Below, in pieces: positions 48,176 to 56,303 of a DNA stretch of 64,000 nucleotides. The stretch comes from an uncultured Candidatus Saccharibacteria bacterium (GTDB taxonomy: Bacteria; Patescibacteriota; Minisyncoccia; Phycocordibacterales; UBA9973), in assembly GCA_964397435.1 (NCBI GenBank), contig CAYNHU010000006.1, forward strand, positions 344 through 64,343, read 5' to 3'. How positions within the stretch are numbered: position 1 is the stretch's first letter; each line of letters starts with the position of its first letter. The notes under the pieces were generated by a model that saw only the letters and a program-made list of their open reading frames with translations, made no database searches and was not told the origin of the DNA. The position numbers were made by a program, and so were the translations under genes.

Positions 48176-48373
48176 TTAATTAAATGGTAAGAGGTAGCTG
48201 CGAGTTTTTGCCTTGAGCTTGAAGTCAGACGTCTTGCGACCTGCAAGCTGCTTGGTTCGGCTCTGCTTTGCGTTGAAGTGGTTAAAACCAGGCTTTCGTG
48301 CTTTAAGACCACTTTTCTTTGTGGTCTTAATGCGCTTGGTCAACGACTTTCGTGTTTTCATTCCTTTAGCCAT
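48176..48373 (-). CDS. rpmI: 50S ribosomal protein L35
   Basis: MAKGMKTRKS...; 65 aa. Confidence 0.9.
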   Translation of the reverse strand: MAKGMKTRKSLTKRIKTTKKSGLKARKPGFNHFNAKQSRTKQLAGRKTSDFKLKAKTRSYLLPFN

Positions 48374-48385
48374 AACATTAGTGGG

Positions 48386-48946
48386 TTAATTAATAATGGT
48401 TGCTGGTGGTTGTTTTTTGACCGTATCTCGTTCGATAGTCAATACAAGTCCTTTTGGACCACGCTTTGCTGGATCTGAGATTTTGAAGTTCTCAGTGATA
48501 AGTTTGAGGACTCGATCAAGTCGTTCTCTCAAGAATGCATCAGCCATGAACTTAGTTCGGCCAGAAAGATAGAGTTCAACTTTAATACGGTGTCCTTCGG
48601 AAAGCCACTTTGAAGCAGTTTTTGCTTTGAGTTCAAGATCGTGATCGCCTGTTCCAACTTTGATTTGGATAGACTTAGTTTCACTTGTCTTTGCGCCGGC
48701 TTTGATTTTCTTGGCTTTCTTCGCTTCGAGGTACTGGTATTTACCATAATCCATGATTTTGGCGACCGGTGGTACCGCGTTAGGGGAGATTTCAATGAGA
48801 TCAAGACCCAAAGATTCTGCTTTTTGCAAAGCTTCACTGAGGGAAAGGACGCCCAAATTATCGCCAGATTCGAGAAGTACTCGAAGTTCCTTGGCACGTA
48901 TTTGATTGTTGATTCTTTCTTTCAAGGTTAATACAAAGATAAGCAC
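48386..48946 (-). CDS. infC: Translation initiation factor IF-3
   Basis: INNQIRAKELRVL...IMDYGKYQYL. Start codon apparently GTG (infC commonly uses atypical starts). Confidence 0.88.
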   Translation of the reverse strand: MLIFVLTLKERINNQIRAKELRVLLESGDNLGVLSLSEALQKAESLGLDLIEISPNAVPPVAKIMDYGKYQYLEAKKAKKIKAGAKTSETKSIQIKVGTGDHDLELKAKTASKWLSEGHRIKVELYLSGRTKFMADAFLRERLDRVLKLITENFKISDPAKRGPKGLVLTIERDTVKKQPPATIIN

Positions 48947-49098
48947 CTCACCATACGGAGTAACACCCTATATTTGGAGGACATATCGTAGGGTCATAAT
49001 AGCTTAAAAGTCTCAAAATGTAAAGGGGTACAGCTTAGATTGACTATTTTGTTAGGTATTAGTAATATTGGGTTATAAATGACCATAAGGTCAATTGA

Positions 49099-49131
49099 GA
49101 AACCCCGCCCTTGGCGGGGTTTCGTGTTTTT
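49099..49131. terminator. Terminator hairpin downstream of the MazF-like gene
   Basis: gaaaccccgcc-cttg-ggcggggtttcgtgttttt. Confidence 0.75.
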
Positions 49132-49525
49132 AGGACGGTAATAATTCTTTAACTTTGTTGATTATAATTTTGAATTGATAGGGTGATATCTTGCGGATGT
49201 GTCGCAGTAATCTTTTAGAGCTAATAAGCCTTAGTTGCGACAAAATAAGAGTTGAAGCAGTATTTTTATAATAAATTGTATAATAATACTCTCCACTTTT
49301 TATTTTTGACGTTAGCGGTAGAACCCAGCATAACTTCTTATTAAATTTTCTCAAGATAAGCACTGGTCTTTCAAAATTATTGTTTTTACCATCCTGTTCG
49401 TTTCCTAGATTTAGACCAATTGAACACCACCAAATTTCTCTTTCATGGAAAGAAAGTGTCTCGTGGCCTAACTCTTCAAGTTTTGATTTTTGTGTAAACC
49501 AGAGTTTGTAGTTTTTCATACACAA
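49130..49525 (-). CDS. MazF/PemK-family endoribonuclease toxin-like protein (no adjacent antitoxin ORF)
   Basis: REIWWCSIGLNLGNEQDGKNNNFERPVLILRKFN...VLPLTSK resembles the PemK/MazF core (GxExxGxRPxLVL...P.TS). Confidence 0.5.
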   Translation of the reverse strand: MCMKNYKLWFTQKSKLEELGHETLSFHEREIWWCSIGLNLGNEQDGKNNNFERPVLILRKFNKKLCWVLPLTSKIKSGEYYYTIYYKNTASTLILSQLRLISSKRLLRHIRKISPYQFKIIINKVKELLPS

Positions 49526-49575
49526 ATGTAAATTACTACAGTAGTATGAAATAGTTCTGAAATCTATTAAGATAC

Positions 49576-50307
49576 ATGTACATGCAAGATGTCATAAAAA
49601 TCTATAAAAACATGGGCGAAACTCCGCTTGAAGCGCTCGAGCGTGTTCGTCAGGAGCGAGCTATTCCCGAAACTGTGCCCATGACTTATGCCGGACGTCT
49701 TGATCCGCTGGTTGAAGGCGAGCTCTTGGTGTTAGTTGGTGAGGAATGTAAGCAAAAAGAGCAGTACACCAATTTACCTAAAACATACGAATTTGAAATT
49801 CTTGCTGGTGTGAGCACTGATACATATGACTTGCTCGGCTTAGTGACTGAAACTGATTTTAAAAAAACACTTACACCCGAACAGGTGCAAGCGTTTTTAG
49901 AAGCGTATATTGGAACACAGATTCAGTCGTATCCACCATACTCATCAAAGACAGTCGACGGAAAACAGCTACATCAACATGCGCGTGAAGGGAATACGCC
50001 ACATGTTCAACATGAAGTTGCGCTTACTGCATACGAGTATCTTGGAGAGCGAACGATGCCAATAGCTGATATGTTACAGACAACACTTGAACGAATACAA
50101 CTTGTGCATGGAGATTTTCGACAAGACGTAATTTCAGCCGCATGGAAAGCGTGTTTAGAAAACAACACACAACATGAAGTATGCATCACACGATGGCGCG
50201 TTCATGTTTCGTCAGGATTTTATATTCGACAGTTGGTACACGATATCGGAACACATTATAGTGTTCCAACTGTAACGTTTCATATCAAACGAACCAAGAT
50301 TGGCTAG
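49576..50307 (+). CDS. truB: tRNA pseudouridine synthase (TruB family)
   Basis: YAGRLDPLVEGELLVLVGEECK (catalytic Asp in the GRLD motif). Confidence 0.7.
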   Translation: MYMQDVIKIYKNMGETPLEALERVRQERAIPETVPMTYAGRLDPLVEGELLVLVGEECKQKEQYTNLPKTYEFEILAGVSTDTYDLLGLVTETDFKKTLTPEQVQAFLEAYIGTQIQSYPPYSSKTVDGKQLHQHAREGNTPHVQHEVALTAYEYLGERTMPIADMLQTTLERIQLVHGDFRQDVISAAWKACLENNTQHEVCITRWRVHVSSGFYIRQLVHDIGTHYSVPTVTFHIKRTKIG

Positions 50308-50315
50308 CGACGCCG

Positions 50316-51656
50316 TTATCCAATCAATATTTTTGTGCGCTCAACAAGATTGTCGATTCGTTCAGCAGTTTTTGCTTCACCAATCAAACGAACAAGCGGT
50401 TCTGTATTTGAAGCACGCAAATGAATCCATGCGCCATCCATAAAATCAAGACGAAGTCCATCAGTAAAATCTGGATGCGCGTCAGGAAATTCTGCTTCCA
50501 TTTTTTCAAACAGTTCAGTGATGTCTCCGCTGTATCCAAACTTATGCTTTCGCATTTCAAATGTTGGCAGTGATGCAACAATCTCTGAGAGAGAGGTGTT
50601 TTCTTGAGCAAGTAGTTCGAGAATAAGCGCCATACCCGTGAGAGAATCGCGACATGGATTGATTGCAGGGTAGATGACTCCACCGCCACCTTCACCACCG
50701 ATGACTGCGTTGTGTTTGAGAATTCCTTCTACAACATTTGATTCACCAACTTTGGTACGAAATGTTTCACCACCAAATGACTTTGCGAGAGCTTCGTTCG
50801 TTGTTGATGTAGACATGTTAATCACAATGTCACCAGCTTGTTTGGTAAGTGCTGCCTTGATCGCGAGTGAGAGTGTGTATTCTTCAAAAATGACCTGACC
50901 GTGTTCGTTACAGATGACTAAGCGGTCGGCGTCAGGATCCTGCGCGAAGCCCACGTGGGCGCCGACCGCTTGTACTGTTTCCCCGAGTTGCTTTAGATTT
51001 TCAGGAAGTGGTTCAGGCATGTGTGCGAACTGTCCGTTTGGTTCACCATTGATAATGACGACATCGCAGCCAAGTTCACGGAGCAGTTGTGGTCCGAGTA
51101 CTGCGCCAGCGCTATTGATTGGATCGAGTACTACTTTGAATTTTTTCTGAGCGATTATTTCACGATCGATTTTAGAAAGTATGTGTGCAACATGTTTTTG
51201 TCCAAGTGTTTCGTCGGTCGTAATACTGCCATTTGTGTGTGATGACTGCACTGTGTGTGGCGTGTCGAGATATGTTTTCATTTCCGCAATATCTGCTTCG
51301 GTTGTGAACATGCCGCGAGCGGTAACAAATTTGAGACCATTATATTGTGGTGGATTGTGTGAAGCAGTTACGATGATTGCTCCATCAAAGTGCATATCAC
51401 GTACGAGGAATAATACTGTTGGAGTAGGGAGGAGGCCACCGATAGTAACTTCAAAACCAGCTTGTTCAAGTGTTCGAGCGACTGTTGCTACCAGTTCATT
51501 TCCAGATGGACGAGCATCTCGGCCAATTAAAATACGCTTACCATTTCGAGTGTGAATAAACGCAGCAAACGCGTTGGTAAAACGTTCTGCGATAGATACC
51601 GTGAGGCTTTCGCCCCAAATGCCGCGATAACCGGCAACAGTCAATTGTGGTTGCAT
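50316..51656 (-). CDS. Phosphoglucomutase/phosphomannomutase-family mutase (GlmM/ManB-like)
   Basis: TASHNPPQYNG active-site Ser loop and DPDADR metal-binding loop. Start trimmed to MQPQLTVAG. Confidence 0.8.
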   Translation of the reverse strand: MQPQLTVAGYRGIWGESLTVSIAERFTNAFAAFIHTRNGKRILIGRDARPSGNELVATVARTLEQAGFEVTIGGLLPTPTVLFLVRDMHFDGAIIVTASHNPPQYNGLKFVTARGMFTTEADIAEMKTYLDTPHTVQSSHTNGSITTDETLGQKHVAHILSKIDREIIAQKKFKVVLDPINSAGAVLGPQLLRELGCDVVIINGEPNGQFAHMPEPLPENLKQLGETVQAVGAHVGFAQDPDADRLVICNEHGQVIFEEYTLSLAIKAALTKQAGDIVINMSTSTTNEALAKSFGGETFRTKVGESNVVEGILKHNAVIGGEGGGGVIYPAINPCRDSLTGMALILELLAQENTSLSEIVASLPTFEMRKHKFGYSGDITELFEKMEAEFPDAHPDFTDGLRLDFMDGAWIHLRASNTEPLVRLIGEAKTAERIDNLVERTKILIG

Positions 51657-51713
51657 GGGCTGATTATACAGTAAATTATGCAAGCTATCGAGTGAATATG
51701 CTATAGTAGCTTC

Positions 51714-52157
51714 GTGGCAAATTATGTCGAAAACACAAAAGCGCGTTTCAATTATGAAATCCTCGATGACTACGAAGGCGGCATTGAGCTTCTTGGAACT
51801 GAAGTAAAGTCTATTCGCCAAGGGCAGGGACGTATTGATAGTGCGCACGTGATTGTTCGAGGGAATGAAGTGTTTGTCATGGGCATGGATATTCCACCGT
51901 ACCAAAAACTCAATGTTGGTCCGGCGTATGATCCTATGCGTACTCGCAAACTATTGCTCACCAAAAAAGAAATCAAAAAGCTCGCTGATCTCGAGAAAGG
52001 ATTGACTATTGTGCCACTTTCGTTGTACAATAAAGGTACCAAAATCAAGATTAAAATCGCTGTCGTAAAAGGTAAAAAGAAGTTCGATAAGCGTGCGACA
52101 ATCAAAGACCGTGAGACCGATCGTGAAGTGCATCGAGTCATCAAACGCGGTCGCTAG
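51714..52157 (+). CDS. smpB: SsrA-binding protein SmpB
   Basis: GIELLGTEVKSIR and C-terminal basic tail; GTG start. Confidence 0.85.
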   Translation: MANYVENTKARFNYEILDDYEGGIELLGTEVKSIRQGQGRIDSAHVIVRGNEVFVMGMDIPPYQKLNVGPAYDPMRTRKLLLTKKEIKKLADLEKGLTIVPLSLYNKGTKIKIKIAVVKGKKKFDKRATIKDRETDREVHRVIKRGR

Positions 52158-52176
52158 TGTACAAGCATGTCTTTAC

Positions 52177-52210
52177 ACAGGGGTGAATAATTCGTTATTT
52201 GCCCCTGTGT
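52177..52210 (+). terminator. Hairpin between smpB and ssrA
   Basis: cacagggg-(18 nt)-cccctgtg. Confidence 0.45.
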
Positions 52211-52243
52211 GCAGAGATGCACGATTCATTGTTATGTGAATAT

Positions 52244-52628
52244 GGGACTGCAAGGCATCGACAGAGAGTCGTTTATGTCATGTGCGTGCCGAGTATGCAC
52301 GGAAGCTCGTGATGTTCGTGTAAACCTCAAATGCAAAAACTGCATTTACAAAGTCTCCTTACTTTGCGTTCGGAGATTTTGCTCCAGCTCTCGCTTAAGC
52401 GACACCTGGATGTTCGCGTTGTTCTTCTCTAGAGACAACAGTCGGACATTATACATCTAGAGATAGGGAGGTGCGTCGTCTCGCGTACAGCCCAAAATTA
52501 ATCGAGAATCGATCAGGACGTATTTTGTTTGTTTCATAGCGTACTGGTTTAAATCCTCGAAATAATCTACGCCCGTAGATGCATGCCGTATTCCTCTTTG
52601 CACGGCGGTTCAACTCCGCCCAGTTCCA
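52244..52628 (+). ncRNA. ssrA: tmRNA (ssrA)
   Basis: 5' gggactgcaaggcatcgacagag pairs with the 3' cagttcc acceptor strand (G3-U70). 3' end ggcggttcaactccgcccagttccaca closely matches the E. coli tmRNA T-arm/acceptor. Internal tag reading frame ends ...gct cca gct ctc gct taa (…FAPALA*). Confidence 0.72.
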
Positions 52629-52634
52629 CAATGT

Positions 52635-52665
52635 AAAACCACCGCTTAGTTGCGGTGGTTTTCTA
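52635..52665. terminator. Convergent terminator shared by ssrA and the HAD gene
   Basis: aaaaccaccgc-ttagtt-gcggtggtttt. Confidence 0.75.
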
Positions 52666-53206
52666 ATTCCTGTTTAAGTTCATGAAGGTTGGTGTAGACG
52701 ATACCATGCATTCCGCTCTCGCGTGCAGCATCGATATTCCGCGGATTGTCATCAACAAAAACGATATCGTTCGCTTTGACATCAGCGTCTTTGATTGCGA
52801 TTGCATATATTTGTGGATTAGGTTTGACCACTCCGTAATCTGACGAGATGATGACAGTATCAAATATATCTAAATAATTTGTAAACAAATGTTCAATTAA
52901 ACTTCGCGCGGCGTTCGTGAGCAATCCGATTTTGTAATTCGGTTTGAGTTCTGTTTGTATGTATGCGATGAGTTGCTGATTGAGTTCGATGCCGCCATCA
53001 ATTTCTTGTGAAAGCGCGTGCTCTGAAACACCAGAATATTTTGCAAGTTCACCGATAAACACATGTTCTGGTAATTCACCGAGGTCGACGCGATCGATTT
53101 TTTGTTCCCACTGGGGGCGTTCATGTTCTGGCACGTATTTGGTCACAACAGGCTTGTATGCAGGTGTTGAAAGGACATTAAAAAAGTCGAAATAGATCAT
53201 ATTCAT
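52646..53206 (-). CDS. HAD-superfamily hydrolase
   Basis: MNMIYFDFFNVL (DxD motif I), LLTNAA (motif II) and VFVDDNPRNIDAA (motif IV). Start placed at the M of MNMIYFD; the upstream ORF extension overlaps ftsH. Confidence 0.65.
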   Translation of the reverse strand: MNMIYFDFFNVLSTPAYKPVVTKYVPEHERPQWEQKIDRVDLGELPEHVFIGELAKYSGVSEHALSQEIDGGIELNQQLIAYIQTELKPNYKIGLLTNAARSLIEHLFTNYLDIFDTVIISSDYGVVKPNPQIYAIAIKDADVKANDIVFVDDNPRNIDAARESGMHGIVYTNLHELKQELENHRN

Positions 53207-53282
53207 ACACCGTAGTCTAGCATAGATTGGGCTGGTTCGGGGACGGGATTTTTTGTCCTTTTTCGTGTATAATGACCCCACG

Positions 53283-55208
53283 ATGTCAAATAAATCAGAA
53301 AACAAAAAACCCCTTGAAAAAATAAAGGAAAAAGCACAACTTCCCAAGGGAAAAGGTCCAAAATTCTCAAACCAGTTCCTCTGGACAATCTTTTTCTTGA
53401 TGCTGGTTGTTGCCGCATATTCGGGTTTTTTTGCAACCCAAAAACCTGTTGCTGATATTTCACTTTCACAGCTTGCTGCGCAGGTAACTGCAGGTAACGT
53501 TAAGGAAATCGTCGTGTCAGGTAATGACCTTGCGATTACACTTGCTGACGACAGTTTGGCGCAGGCAAAAAAGGAAACAGAAGCAAGTCTTTCTGAATCA
53601 CTCAAAAACTATGGCGTAGATCCTACTAAAGTCGCTGGTACTAATATTGTCATCAAAAGCGAATCAGGATTCTTGTATTGGGTACTCAATTTGTTACCGA
53701 TTCTTCTCCCTGTTATCCTCGTTGGTATTTTGATTTGGATGTTGTTTCGTCAGATGAAGGGCGCTGGCGTACAGGCATTTACTTTTGGACAATCAAAAGC
53801 AAAAATCACTGATCCTAATGACAAAAACAATCGCGTCACCTTCAAAGATATCGCTGGTGCGAAAGAAGCAAAACAAGAACTCGCAGAAATCGTAGACTTT
53901 TTGAAAAATCCGAAAAAATTCTTGGACATTGGTGCGCGTATTCCGAAAGGCGTACTCCTTACTGGTTCACCAGGTACAGGTAAAACATTGCTTGCTCGCG
54001 CAGTAGCAGGGGAAGCAGGTGTGCCATTTTTTCATCTCTCAGGTTCTGAATTCGTAGAAATGTTTGTTGGTGTTGGTGCATCACGCGTGCGTGATCTATT
54101 TGATATGGCTAAAAAAGCGTCACCAGCAATTATCTTCATTGATGAAATTGATGCTGTCGGCCGAGTTCGTGGTACTGGTGTTGGTGGCGGAAACGATGAA
54201 CGTGAACAGACATTGAACCAGATTCTCGTTGAAATGGATGGCTTCGAACCAAACGAAAAAGTAATTGTCATGGCAGCGACTAACCGAAATGATGTGCTCG
54301 ATCCAGCGCTCCTTCGTCCAGGCCGTTTCGATCGTCGGGTGATGCTCGACCTCCCAGATCGTCATGATCGTGAAGAGATTTTGAAAATCCACGCTCGCAA
54401 GAAGCCACTCGCCGAAGATGTAAACCTCACTATCATTGCAGAACGAACTCCAGGTTTCTCAGGTGCTGATTTGTACTCAATTATGAACGAAGGTGCGATT
54501 CTCGCTGCTCGCGAAGAACGTAAAATCATTGGTCAGTTTGATCTCATTCGCTCAATCGAAAAAGTAATGATGGGTCCAGAACGCAAGAGCCATCTCATGA
54601 GTCCGCTCGAAAAGAAAATTACTGCGTACCATGAAGCTGGGCATGCGCTCGTTGCATCAGTGCTCCCGCATGCTGACCCTGTGCACAAAGTTTCAATTGT
54701 TGCACGTGGACGTGCCGGTGGTTACACGCTCAAACTTCCACTCGAAGATCGCAAACTCCAATCAAAGAAAGAATTCATGGATGATATCGCAATGTCACTC
54801 GGTGGCTACGTTGCCGAAGAAACTATTTTCGGAGATATTACAACTGGTCCTTCAAACGACCTCCAAGTTGCAACGTCACTCGCACGTGCGATGGTTACCC
54901 GCTGGGGTATGAGTGATACGATTGGCCCCGTTGCTCTCGAATCAGATGGCGGACGCACGATGTTTGGTCGCGGTGTCGAAGATCGAGACTACTCAGAAGC
55001 AAAGTCAGCTGAGATTGATGCTGAAGTCGCAAAGATTATGCAGCACGGTTTCACACAGGCTCGTACTGTTATCAACGAATACCGAAAGACACTCGACGCA
55101 ATTGCTGAAAAATTGATCGAAGTTGAAACGCTTGAACAAGCTGATTACGAAGACATCATCAAGGCACACGGAATCAAGTTAAAGAAAAAGGAGACAGCGA
55201 CAGTCTAA
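53283..55208 (+). CDS. ftsH: ATP-dependent zinc metalloprotease FtsH
   Basis: [26 protein letters not shown] and HEAGHAL motifs. Start at 53283 is preferred because of a tgtataat extended -10 at 53265-53272; the alternative is 53253. Confidence 0.9.
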   Translation: MSNKSENKKPLEKIKEKAQLPKGKGPKFSNQFLWTIFFLMLVVAAYSGFFATQKPVADISLSQLAAQVTAGNVKEIVVSGNDLAITLADDSLAQAKKETEASLSESLKNYGVDPTKVAGTNIVIKSESGFLYWVLNLLPILLPVILVGILIWMLFRQMKGAGVQAFTFGQSKAKITDPNDKNNRVTFKDIAGAKEAKQELAEIVDFLKNPKKFLDIGARIPKGVLLTGSPGTGKTLLARAVAGEAGVPFFHLSGSEFVEMFVGVGASRVRDLFDMAKKASPAIIFIDEIDAVGRVRGTGVGGGNDEREQTLNQILVEMDGFEPNEKVIVMAATNRNDVLDPALLRPGRFDRRVMLDLPDRHDREEILKIHARKKPLAEDVNLTIIAERTPGFSGADLYSIMNEGAILAAREERKIIGQFDLIRSIEKVMMGPERKSHLMSPLEKKITAYHEAGHALVASVLPHADPVHKVSIVARGRAGGYTLKLPLEDRKLQSKKEFMDDIAMSLGGYVAEETIFGDITTGPSNDLQVATSLARAMVTRWGMSDTIGPVALESDGGRTMFGRGVEDRDYSEAKSAEIDAEVAKIMQHGFTQARTVINEYRKTLDAIAEKLIEVETLEQADYEDIIKAHGIKLKKKETATV

Positions 55209-55213
55209 TACAC

Positions 55214-55239
55214 AAAAGCCCCGAAAGGGGCTTTTTTTT
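55214..55239 (+). terminator. Terminator after ftsH
   Basis: aaaagcccc-gaaa-ggggctttttttt. Confidence 0.85.
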
Positions 55240-55240
55240 G

Positions 55241-55314
55241 TCCACCCTCATGGATTCGAACCATGGACCCCAGAGGTATAAGCTCTGTGCTCTAACCAAC
55301 TGAGCTAAGGGTGG
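55241..55314 (-). tRNA. tRNA with anticodon UAU (tRNA-Ile reading AUA); CCA not encoded
   Basis: Reverse complement folds as ccaccct-ta-gctc-agttggtta-gagc-a-cagag-cttatac-ctctg-gggtc-catgg-ttcgaat-ccatg-agggtgg-a (74 nt). Confidence 0.75.
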
Positions 55315-55451
55315 GATTGCGTTGGCTTTGGCATTGTAGCGTAAAAAACTTTAAATATAAAGCCCCTCGTCTGAGGCCATTTGACATATTTACAATATAA
55401 GTGTATAAAATATTTAATATTCACTAACAACTAAACAAGCCTTTTTGCACC

Positions 55452-56237
55452 ATGAGTAATTCGCTTTTATGCATCTTGTCCGAAGAGACAGGAGATTTCA
55501 GAACTATATGTTCCAAACTGGACCAATTACAAGGTCCAATTAAACCTCAACAGGTAAAGTATTTTTTTGACCTGATTCTTAACATTTCCGCAAAAATGCG
55601 GATGTTAGAACAACTGGTATACGGCAAGTTAAAAGCCGATATATCAGACAGGATGTTTGAAAAAATCTCACCTGAGAAGAAACAACTGTTGCTTGAGCAA
55701 TTGTCAGAAATGACGCAAGCACACGTTCCATCATCGGGGGGTAGTAAAAGAACAAAGACAACCCATTACGATTTGTTAGCTAACCTGTACGAAAGTATCG
55801 GGTATGGCCGTGCAGATCAGATAATCATCGAAGAGATGAGTAACGAAAACCAGTACTTTTTTGAATTGGCGATGATTGAGGCTGTCTTTCGTGCTGCAAA
55901 ACAAAAAACAAGTGTTGTGCTTTCGGTAATTCAATCGGTCCAATATATGGAGCCAACTATTATCGCAACAATGGAAAAATTGTTGTTAAAAATAGTTGAT
56001 GCCAATGGGCAGCCGTTGTTTACCGAACAAACATTACCTGAATACATTATTGAGCATAAAAACAAGGAATATTATGATAACCCAATACTGTTGAAATATT
56101 ATGACGACAGTAAGGTTCCAGGGTATGGCCGGGAAATCACTCACATTTTAAACGATGCATTTCGCCGTATTGGCGAATTGATGTTTGATGGTGAAACCTT
56201 AAAAACTCAGGAGCCTCATTTGGCTTCAGAAGGTTAA
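55452..56237 (+). CDS. Hypothetical protein
   Basis: 261-aa ORF with AT-rich promoter region upstream and terminator downstream; no recognised motif. Confidence 0.35.
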   Translation: MSNSLLCILSEETGDFRTICSKLDQLQGPIKPQQVKYFFDLILNISAKMRMLEQLVYGKLKADISDRMFEKISPEKKQLLLEQLSEMTQAHVPSSGGSKRTKTTHYDLLANLYESIGYGRADQIIIEEMSNENQYFFELAMIEAVFRAAKQKTSVVLSVIQSVQYMEPTIIATMEKLLLKIVDANGQPLFTEQTLPEYIIEHKNKEYYDNPILLKYYDDSKVPGYGREITHILNDAFRRIGELMFDGETLKTQEPHLASEG

Positions 56238-56257
56238 AAATAAACATATTACAACGC

Positions 56258-56292
56258 ATAGTAAAACACAAGTGCCGAAACCTAGGTTTCGG
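56258..56292. terminator. Bidirectional terminator
   Basis: gtgccgaaacc-tag-ggtttcggcac followed by ttttt. Confidence 0.8.
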
Positions 56293-56303
56293 CACTTTTT
56301 ATT

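Noticed and set aside
52209-52631. ORFs 52209..52460 (+, 83 aa) and 52449..52631 (-, 60 aa)
   Set aside because: They lie entirely inside the tmRNA (ssrA) identified by its tRNA-like 5'/3' ends. They have no coding features and are spurious.
53207-53605. N-terminal 133 codons of long ORF 52646..53605 (-)
   Set aside because: The HAD motif I (DFFNVL) starts right after the internal Met at 53206/53200. The upstream part is low-complexity Ala/Ser-rich with no HAD similarity and overlaps the ftsH promoter and start on the other strand. It is an ORF-caller over-extension.
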